From Candidatus Heimdallarchaeota archaeon (GTDB lineage Archaea > Asgardarchaeota > Heimdallarchaeia > Hodarchaeales > Hodarchaeaceae): 64,000 nt of DNA. Below the pieces are notes generated by a model. That model ran no database searches. It was not told the origin of the DNA and was given only the letters and a program-made list of their open reading frames with translations. A program made the position numbers and the translations under genes. The stretch covers positions 2,610,155-2,674,154 of the forward strand of contig CP070695.1 in the NCBI GenBank assembly GCA_020353515.1, given 5' to 3'. Shown here piece after piece: positions 10,257-19,768 of the stretch (the stretch's first letter is position 1; the number at the start of each line of letters is the position of its first letter).

Positions 10257-11477
10257 CTAGCTTTTTTGGAACCGCCTGGAAAGAAATACTTCAATACGTT
10301 CAATTAGTACTGCTGCGGGTACATCATGAATTGTTAAGCGTGCACGAACCCCCTTTCGTCCCTTTACTCCCTTGGTCACTTTTCCCAATATCCCGATAGC
10401 CTCTAATGTGGATAAGTAATTTCGGAAAGCCGCCTCAGCATTTGGTCGTACATCCCATTCTTCACAAATTATTCGGTAGTTTTTGAATGAGTGTTCTATT
10501 GTTGTTGCTGTAATCCCTTTATGATGTAATCTCCTCGCAATACTTAATGCTGCAAACAGTTCGTGGGTTTTTAGCTCTTCTAGGATGTCCGCGCGTAATT
10601 CAGGGAATACATCATTCTTAGCTTTTCTAATTAACTCTGGTGCAAGCTCGTCAAATCTTTGTTGATCTGCTTCTCGGCCTGCCCTATAGAGGATCTCAAT
10701 TCCATGGCGTAAATTCTTTGTTTGATCTGCGATTTCTGCTACCATTGTAAGAATGTCATCTGAGAGAGCTGTCGTTTTAAACGCTAATTGGGCTCGATAT
10801 TCAAGTATCCTTTTTGTTTCTTCTAACGAATATGTATTAAATTGTATTACATCAGCAATTCGTTGTGAAACCATTGAGGATAATGTTACTTTCCACTCTG
10901 TTGGACGACTAATCATTATTAATGAAATACGATGTTCAGCTCCGAACTCTTCGGGAAGATGGATGAATCCACGAATATCCTTTTGAGGTAATACACTCAC
11001 TTCATCTAGTATTAGTACTAGATAAGCTTGTTCAGAGTTTAATCGTCGAATTAAGATGTCTGTAGATTCCTCATCACTAAACCCTCTACTAGCTACTCCA
11101 AACTGATCTCGAAGAAAGCTTCTTAGAATGGAAGTCTTCGTGCGTGTCGTCCAGCAATTCTTGTAATCAGTGTATAACTTAATATGATAGCGATCAGCCA
11201 TTGTTCGAAGATGATCTACCGTGTATCTTGCTGTAACTGTTTTTCCAACACCTGCAGGGCCAGTTAGAGCAACATTGGTTGAAAAACCTTCGATTCCTCT
11301 ATTTTCAGTTAAAAATAAAGGTCTGAAGTTTTGACTTAAACGACGGATATCATCCTCCCTATATCTCAGTTCTTCAGGAATGTAGGCTTGATTAAGTGTT
11401 TTTTCTCCTCCTTCCTTGAAAATAGATGACGAAAAAACTGCATCCCGAATTATATCAACTGATTTCTTATCATTCAT
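10257..11477 (-). CDS. cdc6: Orc1/Cdc6 replication initiator
   Basis: YIPEEL..RE, GPAGVGKT, LILDE, FNTYS..E...IL..R, C-terminal wHTH (YLSTLEAIGIL). Confidence 0.95.
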   Translation of the reverse strand: MNDKKSVDIIRDAVFSSSIFKEGGEKTLNQAYIPEELRYREDDIRRLSQNFRPLFLTENRGIEGFSTNVALTGPAGVGKTVTARYTVDHLRTMADRYHIKLYTDYKNCWTTRTKTSILRSFLRDQFGVASRGFSDEESTDILIRRLNSEQAYLVLILDEVSVLPQKDIRGFIHLPEEFGAEHRISLIMISRPTEWKVTLSSMVSQRIADVIQFNTYSLEETKRILEYRAQLAFKTTALSDDILTMVAEIADQTKNLRHGIEILYRAGREADQQRFDELAPELIRKAKNDVFPELRADILEELKTHELFAALSIARRLHHKGITATTIEHSFKNYRIICEEWDVRPNAEAAFRNYLSTLEAIGILGKVTKGVKGRKGVRARLTIHDVPAAVLIERIEVFLSRRFQKS

Positions 11478-11659
11478 GTTTTATAGAAGCCTCCTCCAAT
11501 TTCTTGGAGCATTACGTAAAAACATGCATTGCTAAAGCAGTAGGGTATGTTTTACTTGAAAATGTTCCCTAATAAATATGCCTTGTTGTTATAAATAGAC
11601 CTGAAAATTGAATCCATGTCTCAGGAAAACTTTAGAAAATTAGTCATGAAAAGGACACT

Positions 11660-12162
11660 TTATTGGAAAAACTTATCACAACTTTTCAAATCAGGAATAT
11701 CGCTCAAAACCTTTTTTAGATACCGTATAGATTCATGGGTAGCTTCTAAGATTTCATCTTCAATGAAGGGATAACCATCAAGTTTCTTAGGTTCAAGGGG
11801 AGTATCTATTAGAATGGGACTCACTTCCATATCGAATTTGTCTAGACAGAAATCAACCCAATCAGGAGGGGAGTCTGTTGGAATTGAAATTTCCGCGATA
11901 CCTGCTAAAATCGCCAGCCAGACACGAGTAACTGAATCAGGATTATAGCCGCCATCTCCTAATAGCAATAACCGACCCTGGGCACTACCCTGCCGACTTA
12001 ATTCAGCTATCCTTTTCCCTAGGTAGGAATATACATTCGTGGTTAATGCAAGGTGCCCTAGAAAGTCACGATAGTGGCCATCTGCACCACACTGCCAAAT
12101 AACGAATTCAGGATCAAATTGTTCCCAGATACAAGGTATAATGTTCTCGAAAGTCATTATAT
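11660..12162 (-). pseudogene. 5'-truncated diverged duplicate of the HDAC/AcuC C-terminal half
   Basis: Collinear with about 12757-13262; lacks the N-terminal catalytic HH and DxH motifs; GGGGY has become GDGGY. Confidence 0.85.
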
Positions 12163-12190
12163 ATGTATCTTAAGGATACCCCGACTTCAT

Positions 12191-12709
12191 GTGAAAAATT
12201 CATTAAAGAAAAATAAATTTAAGAATTATGATAGAATTTTAGAGGACGCTTTGAAAACTCTTTTCTCAATTGATGATGAATCTGATACCGTTTTTCTACA
12301 GGTCACAGTGTATCATCCCGATGAAGTAGCTATCTCAGGATGTAGAATGTTCAATAAGGAAGTTTTAACAACAATTCGTAAACTTGGTGGGGGTGTTGGA
12401 GTAATTAATTTTGGTGTCTTATGCAGCGGGAATGGAACAAGAAAATTGGGTGAAATTTATGAGGCCATTAAATGGGCAAAGACTCATCCTAGTGCCATCT
12501 CTCTCCCAGTAGGCTATGATAGAGTTATCTATGATGCAGAAGAACGATTAAAGAATCTAGAAATATAAGGCGTGACTAGAATCCAGCTCAAGGAGATGAA
12601 AGAGGTTTTTGGTGATGTTGATAATCCAAGAACAACTAATTGGGATGAATTCACAAAATTTTTGATTCGGTTTCTTGATTATTATCACAGCAAATTCATT
12701 TTTCAGTAG
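12191..12709 (+). pseudogene. Hypothetical ORF with in-frame premature stop
   Basis: Frame stays open for 46 codons past TAA 12566-12568 (GVTRIQLKEMKEVFGDVDNP...) to TAG 12707-12709. Confidence 0.45.
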
Positions 12710-12756
12710 CTTTTTAGTTCTTCCTACCTTCCCATTAAGAGATTAAAGCATAATGA

Positions 12757-13956
12757 TTAAATCTGTAGGAATTGTTTACAACCTTTCCAATCAGGAATGT
12801 CGCTTAAAACCTTTTTCAAATAGCGAATGGATTCGTGGGTCGCTTCTAAAATCTCATCCTCAATAAAGGGATAACCATCAAGTTTTCTCCAATCAAGTTC
12901 TGGATCTTCTAAACTGGGACTGACCTCAAAATTAAACTCTTGTAAACAATAGTCAATCCATTCAGGAGGAGACATTTTGGGTATCTCTACACCTGTAATA
13001 CTAGCCAAAATTGCTAACCAAACCCGAGCAACAGAATCAGGATTGTATCCTCCCCCTCCTAATAACAATAATCGCCCTTGTGCACTTCCCAGCCGACTTA
13101 ATTCAGCAATCCTCTTGCCCAAGTAGGAATATACTTTCGTGGTTAATGCAAGGTGCCCTAGAAAGTCACGATAATGACCATCTGCGCCACACTGCCAAAT
13201 AACGAATTCGGGGTCAAATTCCTCCCAAATACACGGAACAATATTCTCGAAAGTCATGATATACAGGTTATCCCACGTTCCTGGAAAGAATGGGATATTT
13301 ATTGTGTAACCAAGTCCTTCATTTTCCCCGATTTCATCATGGTGTCCTGTGCCTGGAAACAAGTAGCGTCCTGATTCGTGAGTAGAAATGGCTAGAACTT
13401 TTTTATCCCTATAAAAAGCATGTAATACTCCATCACCATGATGAACATCCGTATCAATATAAAGTACCCGCTTAATTCCATATTCTTGCTGGAGATACTT
13501 GATTGCAATAACTACATCGTTATAATAACAAAATCCAGCTGCTCTATCCTCAAAAGCGTGATGTAATCCCCCAAGAATTGCAAAAGCTTGTTGTACATCT
13601 CCATTTTGAATTCGTTTCACACCCTCAAGGGCTCCTCCCACCACTAAGCGAGCTGCTTCATGCATTTCTGGAAATACGGGACAATCACCAGTTCCCAACC
13701 CCATTCTCAATCGAGCTCCTCCTCCAGCTTCTGATAATGCCTTCATGGCTTTTAAATAGGGAAGAGAATGATAGAGAAGGATGTCTGAATCTGTAGCTGG
13801 AGAAGGGGTAAGAATTTGGATTTCGGGCAATTCGAACAGTTCAAGACTCTTAAATAATTGATAAGGGATAGTTAAACGTTTAGGATTCATAGGATGCCCT
13901 TCTCCTAAATTGTATTCAAGATATTGGTCTGACCATATAATCCCCGTTTTCACCAT
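12757..13956 (-). CDS. acuC: Zn-dependent histone deacetylase family / acetoin utilization AcuC
   Basis: HPMNPKR, GGLHHA, GFC, DTDVHHGDG, QCGADGH, GGGGY; ATG 13956 follows AGGTGA. Confidence 0.93.
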   Translation of the reverse strand: MVKTGIIWSDQYLEYNLGEGHPMNPKRLTIPYQLFKSLELFELPEIQILTPSPATDSDILLYHSLPYLKAMKALSEAGGGARLRMGLGTGDCPVFPEMHEAARLVVGGALEGVKRIQNGDVQQAFAILGGLHHAFEDRAAGFCYYNDVVIAIKYLQQEYGIKRVLYIDTDVHHGDGVLHAFYRDKKVLAISTHESGRYLFPGTGHHDEIGENEGLGYTINIPFFPGTWDNLYIMTFENIVPCIWEEFDPEFVIWQCGADGHYRDFLGHLALTTKVYSYLGKRIAELSRLGSAQGRLLLLGGGGYNPDSVARVWLAILASITGVEIPKMSPPEWIDYCLQEFNFEVSPSLEDPELDWRKLDGYPFIEDEILEATHESIRYLKKVLSDIPDWKGCKQFLQI

Positions 13957-14157
13957 ACTTTCTATCACCTTGATTACATTTTATCCCTTTTTATTGTTGA
14001 TAACTGTTCCTATTAGACTTATAGAGTAGCTTAAAATCCGTTCTATTACGATAACCAACAAATTCCCTAGGTAATCGTTAATCTTTTAAATTACCAGTAT
14101 AAATGTTGAATTGTCATTGACAATACTTGAAATTTAAATCACGGGGACAAAGTAAGA

Positions 14158-14757
14158 ATGTCTAAAAAAAATGCTAAGATTAGTGTCCTAGGATTAGATA
14201 GAGCTGGAAAAACTACTATGCTTCAAAGATTGAAGACTGGTCGCTGGATACCAGATACAACCCCCACAATAGGTATGAACGCAGAAACAATACAAATTGG
14301 TGATGTCACTTTCTCAGCCTGGGATCTTGGAGGGCAACTGCAGTTCAGAAGAGCGCTTTGGGAAATGTATACCAAAAACTCTGCAGGATTAATTTATGTA
14401 GTTGATGTAAGTGACCCAGCACGTTATCCTGAGGCTAGGAGCAATCTGTGGCGTATGTTGAAAATGAACCACTTGAAGGATATCCCATTAGCGATTTTTG
14501 CGAACAAGGTTGATCTTCTTGAAAGAAATAAAACAGAGTTAAATGAAGAAGACCTAGCTAATTTTATGGGAATTAATAAAAAAATGAGTCGGGTTTTGAA
14601 TATTTTCAGGACAAGTGCAAAAACAGGAGAAGGGATCCATAAGGGAATTTATTGGCTAGCAGATGCAATACAAGAAGGAAGACAGGTTTCCATGGATTTG
14701 TATCAGATTAAATCCCTGTTTGGCCGATCTTCAACTCTCCAAAGCATGACTGGATAA
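14158..14757 (+). CDS. Arf/Arl-family small GTPase
   Basis: GLDRAGKT, PTIGMN, WDLGGQ..FR..W, ANKVD, SAK; no Gly2 myristoylation site. Confidence 0.92.
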   Translation: MSKKNAKISVLGLDRAGKTTMLQRLKTGRWIPDTTPTIGMNAETIQIGDVTFSAWDLGGQLQFRRALWEMYTKNSAGLIYVVDVSDPARYPEARSNLWRMLKMNHLKDIPLAIFANKVDLLERNKTELNEEDLANFMGINKKMSRVLNIFRTSAKTGEGIHKGIYWLADAIQEGRQVSMDLYQIKSLFGRSSTLQSMTG

Positions 14758-14768
14758 AATCAAGCTGG

Positions 14769-15446
14769 TCAGAAATTTGTTTCGGCTTGACGTAAAGCAC
14801 GACGAATAAGATCAATATCCTCGTTATATAAATGATCAATTTCTTTCAGAAGCCAGTTCTCCGCTTGAGCTATGGATGAGGCGTTTTTAAGTAGAATTCC
14901 TTTTAACAATAACCTTGCTCCTTGAAAGAAATAGCTATTAACAATGGAAGGAGGCAACACCAATGCTAATTCAGACATTAAATGAGCTGCTGTAAAAACA
15001 TCCTTCCCTAAATACATACTGAGAATAGCACACGAATAGTTCATTGCAGCATTCTCATAGAAATTCAGTTCAAGATGTTTTTTGCCTGCTGCTAAATATG
15101 CATCTTTAGCTGCTAAAAATCTTGGGCCTTCTATCTCATCTAAAGTGAGTGGACGTTTTACTGGAACATGTTGGAGTAAAGATCCGAAATCTCCCCGACG
15201 TAATTCTTTGAGGATATCACTTGTAATATTATCCTCAATGATAAGGGAATCTGGTTCTTGGAGTGATGGTTTTGCAGGAGATTCAGGAAGGGGAGGACGC
15301 GATAAAATATCTTGCGATTCTGAAAGAGGAGGAGGAAGATCAGAGGGAGGAGAAGGGGGATGATTAAACACCGAAGGAGGTGTAGGAAGATCTCTAACGT
15401 CAGTTTTTGTGTCCTTTCTTCTGTATGGACGCTTTGAGGGTGACAT
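14769..15446 (-). CDS. Proline-rich linker plus helical (TPR/SNAP-like) domain protein
   Basis: ATG 15446 after GGAGAGG; PPxP-rich N-half; C-half of amphipathic helices with TPR-like pattern. Confidence 0.65.
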   Translation of the reverse strand: MSPSKRPYRRKDTKTDVRDLPTPPSVFNHPPSPPSDLPPPLSESQDILSRPPLPESPAKPSLQEPDSLIIEDNITSDILKELRRGDFGSLLQHVPVKRPLTLDEIEGPRFLAAKDAYLAAGKKHLELNFYENAAMNYSCAILSMYLGKDVFTAAHLMSELALVLPPSIVNSYFFQGARLLLKGILLKNASSIAQAENWLLKEIDHLYNEDIDLIRRALRQAETNF

Positions 15447-15579
15447 AAAGCCTCTCCGTAAAAATAATTGGCTTAGTTTTTCTAGGTATTTGTACTGCAA
15501 AGGCCTATAAAAATACTTGCAGGTCTTCTGTTTAATAGATACTTTTTATCGAATTCGGGTACTTTTCGGAAGGTATTAC

Positions 15580-16158
15580 ATGGAAATTGAAATGAAAATT
15601 CCTTTAAAAGCACAGTATTCCCCTGAAAATGTAATGTCAAACCTTTTAAATGAATTTGGTAGCACTTCTGAAGAAATTAGTCAAACAGATTATTATTTTT
15701 CGAGTCCAATCCATAATTTCGCGATTACAGATGAAGCTCTTCGAGTGCGGCAAATTCGAGGTAAATCAGGAAAAAAAGAGACTGAAATCACCTATAAAGG
15801 TCCAAAACAGGGCAAAAGTATGAAAATCAGAGAAGAGATAACAATTTTAACATATAGCAACAATGTACAAAAATTCCTACAATGTCTAGGTTTTTCTCTC
15901 TTTGGTGTTGTGAAAAAGAAGAGAATGAATTGGTTTGTCGATGATCTAGTGATTTCACTTGATGAAGTAGAAGATCTAGGTTTTTTTATGGAGATTGAAA
16001 TAACTACACTCTCTGAAAATTCAGAGAATATTTTTAACAGTAAGGAAAGAATCATTCGAATTGTAAAAAAGCTTATTCCTGATTGGGCTGGGGAAGATGA
16101 AAGGAAATCATATTTGGAACTAAAAATAGCTAAGCAGTTCAATGCCCAAGGAACTTAG
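15580..16158 (+). CDS. cyaB: CYTH-family class IV adenylate cyclase-like protein
   Basis: MEIEMK, Q.DYYF, LRVR, TYKGPK, REE, V.KKR, LDEV..LG.F.EIE. Confidence 0.9.
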   Translation: MEIEMKIPLKAQYSPENVMSNLLNEFGSTSEEISQTDYYFSSPIHNFAITDEALRVRQIRGKSGKKETEITYKGPKQGKSMKIREEITILTYSNNVQKFLQCLGFSLFGVVKKKRMNWFVDDLVISLDEVEDLGFFMEIEITTLSENSENIFNSKERIIRIVKKLIPDWAGEDERKSYLELKIAKQFNAQGT

Positions 16159-16161
16159 ATT

Positions 16162-17094
16162 ATGAGAGAAAATATAATTCCAGAGGAATTTATTAACCGA
16201 TGGGAGAGATTTTATGGAACATCTCGAACCAAAACTATCGTTACCAATCTTAAACAAACTGATCCCAGATTTATTGTTCATAATTCACTGAAAACTGAAT
16301 TAAATTATTTAAAGTCACAATTAGAGAAAAAAGGATTTGAATTTGAGAAGGTAAAAGATTTTAATGGGCTATTTGTGAAGTTTGAACCTTTTAATATAGT
16401 TTCCACCCCTGAATATTTGGCAGGAATGTTTTCTATTCAAGCTATCTCTTCGTTAATCCCTCCATTAAGCATTAATCCTTCTCCAAACAATATTGTGGTG
16501 GATTTAACTGCCTCTCCAGGCATAAAGACTTGTTTATTGGCTCAACAGATGACCAATCAAGGCACGATTATTGCTATTGAAATATCAAAACAAAGAATAC
16601 CAGCATTAAAATCAAATGTTGCTAGAATGGGTGTTACAAACACCATTATTTTTAATTTTGACGCTTTATTGTTCCCTAAATTAGATATTACTGTGGATTA
16701 TATTCTTTTAGACGCTCCCTGTTCAGGATCTGGGCTTAGTCTTTCCAAAAATAAGCGATTAGAACCTAGAATATTAGATGACATACCTAGGCAATCACAA
16801 CGACAAAAAGATCTACTAGAAGCTGCTTGGAGACAACTAAACCCAGAAGGAACCCTTGTTTATTCTACCTGCAGCTTAGAACCTGAAGAGGGGGAAGTGC
16901 AGATCAGTAACTTTCTTGAACAACATGAAGAGGAAGTATTCCTTCTTCCTATTCCATTCAACATTGGTATGCCAGGTAATAAAACAAATTGGACACACTC
17001 TCTCCATCCTCAATTATCAAAAACCAAACGGATCTTTCCTAAACAAGGATATGACGGATTTTTCACAGCTCTGCTGAAAAAAGTGATTTTATGA
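16162..17094 (+). CDS. RsmB/Nop2/NSUN RNA m5C methyltransferase
   Basis: TPEYLAG, DLTASPGIKT, DAPCSG, YSTCS, DGFF. Confidence 0.92.
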   Translation: MRENIIPEEFINRWERFYGTSRTKTIVTNLKQTDPRFIVHNSLKTELNYLKSQLEKKGFEFEKVKDFNGLFVKFEPFNIVSTPEYLAGMFSIQAISSLIPPLSINPSPNNIVVDLTASPGIKTCLLAQQMTNQGTIIAIEISKQRIPALKSNVARMGVTNTIIFNFDALLFPKLDITVDYILLDAPCSGSGLSLSKNKRLEPRILDDIPRQSQRQKDLLEAAWRQLNPEGTLVYSTCSLEPEEGEVQISNFLEQHEEEVFLLPIPFNIGMPGNKTNWTHSLHPQLSKTKRIFPKQGYDGFFTALLKKVIL

Positions 17095-17636
17095 GATTTT
17101 ACAAGAAATTAGTAAATGAAGAGAAAAATTTGGTTGAGACAACCATCAATCATATTCTCGACTTTAATATCTCCAATATTATTGCAGGAAAAGAGCTTAT
17201 AAAAATTATTGGCCATAGATTCGATATATATCTAATTCAGCAGGAAGATTTGTCTCTATTCAATCTTTTCTCCACTCAGTTTCTTCAAACAAATTTTAAC
17301 ATTGTACATGCTAGAATAAAACTAGGCTTTTTCATTCATGAGAAATTCCTAATTGGTATTGAGTCACTCACGTTTCTTGCTCCTTATGCACGAAGAAGAA
17401 TTCAATTAGATGCACGTAATACAAATAATTTTATTTATGGTAAAGATGTTGATATTGACACTCTTTCATTAAAACAACAAATAAAACATCTTGATGATGG
17501 CCCCACTGTCATGATTTTTTCTAATACAGACATTCCAATTGGATATGCAAAGATTAGATCTAATGGAACAAATAAATGGCTGCAGAATTTGATAGATATC
17601 GGAATTTACATACGTTCAGAAAAAAGCGCATTTTAA
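17091..17636 (+). CDS. nip7: Nip7-like ribosome biogenesis factor (PUA domain)
   Basis: FIYGKDV, PIGYA, DIGIYIRSE; coupled to the NSUN gene. Confidence 0.75.
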   Translation: MRFYKKLVNEEKNLVETTINHILDFNISNIIAGKELIKIIGHRFDIYLIQQEDLSLFNLFSTQFLQTNFNIVHARIKLGFFIHEKFLIGIESLTFLAPYARRRIQLDARNTNNFIYGKDVDIDTLSLKQQIKHLDDGPTVMIFSNTDIPIGYAKIRSNGTNKWLQNLIDIGIYIRSEKSAF

Positions 17637-17645
17637 CGTTTGATC

Positions 17646-18674
17646 TTAGATCCTTAATGGAGAACGGCAGTTTTTGCAGAGAGTATCCTTACCTTCTAGG
17701 ATTTTGTTGGTTGTGTTGCATTTGTGGCAGTTAATGAAGATCATCTTCTCTCCAAAGTTGCCTAAGGTGCCTTGGCCAGCCAGAACAGATTTTTCAGCTT
17801 GTTTTTTCATTTTTAGAAATAGCGGGCTATCCACTCCACTTAAATTTCTCAATGAGTTTTTGAAATCGTCTAATTTTGTCGCTTGTTCTTGTTCTTTCTT
17901 CTTCTTTTTGAAATACTCCTTTCTTTGTTTCGGTGTCATCTTACTAATTAGCTTCAATTCCCTTAAGCGAGTATTATACTGATTACGTAATGAAAGAGGT
18001 AATTCAGAGAGAAATTCAGGTGAAAATTGTTTTAATTCTTCGAGGGGCATTTGAGAGAAATTAATTTCAATATTATTTTGCTTATGTAGGTTTTGGCCTG
18101 CATTTGAAGGAGGAGGGGGAGGGGGAGCGTTTTGAGATGAAGATAAATTGCTTTTTATTGATTTCAGATCAGATTCAATGTGTTTTCGGATTGTTATGAG
18201 GATCTCATCGATAATATCACTCATATAATCTCGCGATGAAGTGTTGTTAATTTTGGACTCCATATTCCGAATTTGTTGCTCTAATTCACCTATTTTTTTA
18301 TTTTGAGCAATAATTACTTCCCCTTTACGATAACAATCTAAGCAAACACCTGAAACTAACTCATTTTCCAAGGTCCCCTTACCACAAATCCCACAAACTT
18401 TAAACATTTCACCAAGATCGTATAATACCTTAGTTAAACTTTCACTTGAAGAATTTAATTCTTCTTCAACTGTAAGGACTGCTTTTCGCACTTCTTTACC
18501 AAGGGCGGTGAACATGAGTTCTCCTTCGTGCTCTATTTCTCTATCAAATTGTTTAGTTTCGTCTAATTTTCCGAGCTGAGTGAGAATGTCTTCTAAGTTT
18601 GTAAAAGGATTCTTTAGAACGCTCCCAACAGAAGTAAGCTTCTTAATTGTTTCTTGTTCTAATTTATCAGACAC
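17646..18674 (-). CDS. Hypothetical protein: Zn finger, coiled coil, polyproline, C-terminal Zn ribbon
   Basis: CGIC...CLDC, heptad segment KKIGELEQQIRNMESKI, APPPPPP, CHKC...CKNC. Confidence 0.75.
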   Translation of the reverse strand: MSDKLEQETIKKLTSVGSVLKNPFTNLEDILTQLGKLDETKQFDREIEHEGELMFTALGKEVRKAVLTVEEELNSSSESLTKVLYDLGEMFKVCGICGKGTLENELVSGVCLDCYRKGEVIIAQNKKIGELEQQIRNMESKINNTSSRDYMSDIIDEILITIRKHIESDLKSIKSNLSSSQNAPPPPPPSNAGQNLHKQNNIEINFSQMPLEELKQFSPEFLSELPLSLRNQYNTRLRELKLISKMTPKQRKEYFKKKKKEQEQATKLDDFKNSLRNLSGVDSPLFLKMKKQAEKSVLAGQGTLGNFGEKMIFINCHKCNTTNKILEGKDTLCKNCRSPLRI

Positions 18675-18684
18675 TTTGCTTACC

Positions 18685-19428
18685 TCATCTACGTTCTAAA
18701 GTCTGAGCTCGTCGGAGGAATGTTCGTGCGACCGTTCGTTCAATTGAATCAACCTCGGATCGACTTTCATTAATCACTACTGTAACAATCTTAGTAATTA
18801 AATCGAAATTTGGATCTGCAATTTGAGGAATACTCGATTTGAGGAGTTCAGCAGAGGTAATACCTCTTTGATTTGCTGCTGTTGTAATCAGATCTTGTTG
18901 CTCCTTAAGCACCTGAATTATCGAGGGATCAATATCAGAGCTAATATCTAAAGCTTGCTTTTTGAGAAATTCAATTTGTAATTCTCGATCTTTTAGGGTA
19001 CGGTAAAGATTATCCACGGTTTTTTGAAGTTCTTCAACCAGAGAAGACTGAAGGGGATTTATTTGAGACACTGTATCTTTAAAAACTCCAAGAGGATCAT
19101 TGATAAGGATATTCTTTTCTTGAACAATAATTTGTTGATAAAATTGCTCCCAGTAGGTTTTATGGGGCAAACCAATATATCTTCGACGCTGACCTTTCGG
19201 TAATGAAACTTTAACAGTAGCTACTTCTTTTTTTTCTTGTAAACGATTAATAGAACCATCGATCTTTCCCCTACTCCAATTCAAACGCGATGCCAACTCA
19301 TTGATTGTGATTGGACGCTCAAATGTTTCGATTCTTGAACGAAGGATTTGGTCTGTAACTTCTGCATTACCTTTTGGCAAATCTATAGCATCCAAGTATT
19401 TGGCTTTCTTGTTTAATATTGATATCAA
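18685..19428 (-). CDS. Winged-helix DNA-binding protein with coiled coil
   Basis: ITINELASRLNWSRGKIDGSINRL plus beta wing; coiled coil LVEELQKTVDNLYRTLKDRELQIEFLKK. Confidence 0.75.
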   Translation of the reverse strand: MISILNKKAKYLDAIDLPKGNAEVTDQILRSRIETFERPITINELASRLNWSRGKIDGSINRLQEKKEVATVKVSLPKGQRRRYIGLPHKTYWEQFYQQIIVQEKNILINDPLGVFKDTVSQINPLQSSLVEELQKTVDNLYRTLKDRELQIEFLKKQALDISSDIDPSIIQVLKEQQDLITTAANQRGITSAELLKSSIPQIADPNFDLITKIVTVVINESRSEVDSIERTVARTFLRRAQTLERR

Positions 19429-19435
19429 TGTGTTA

Positions 19436-19672
19436 TAGGCAAGTCTAAATCAAAATAGATTCCACTTTCTCAAAGTATCAAGAGTTACTTAATTTTAAGT
19501 AATTGAAACTGATATAATCATGTCTATATAAATTTATTTATATTGAAAAATCCGTTTTGGTATTATTAGATCGATAAAATATATATAGACATGTCTAAAG
19601 ATGTCTTTTTTATTAAGAATTATTCTAGGTTAATTTAGTGTAGAACTGATTATAGGATAAAAGGCGTGCCTA
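19436..19672. promoter_or_regulatory. Array of four related 12-bp palindromic boxes (consensus TAGRCATGYCTA)
   Basis: TAGGCAAGTCTA 19436, TAATCATGTCTA 19515, TAGACATGTCTA 19586 (perfect), AAGGCGTGCCTA 19661. Confidence 0.55.
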
Positions 19673-19768
19673 TATGACATAATTGAGTCTTTGCATAGAC
19701 TTAAGAGGTATATGAAGTCAAAAGCACAATAATTCGTAGCACATTTTCAGGTTCTTGATGTGTCATTT

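Noticed and set aside
12074-12190. N-terminal extension of the 12074-12568 ORF
   Set aside because: It is the antisense of the duplicated HDAC fragment; the same peptide recurs at 13174
19437-19596. Boxes match the p53 half-site RRRCWWGYYY
   Set aside because: Short degenerate palindrome; the adjacent protein is a winged helix, so the match is coincidental
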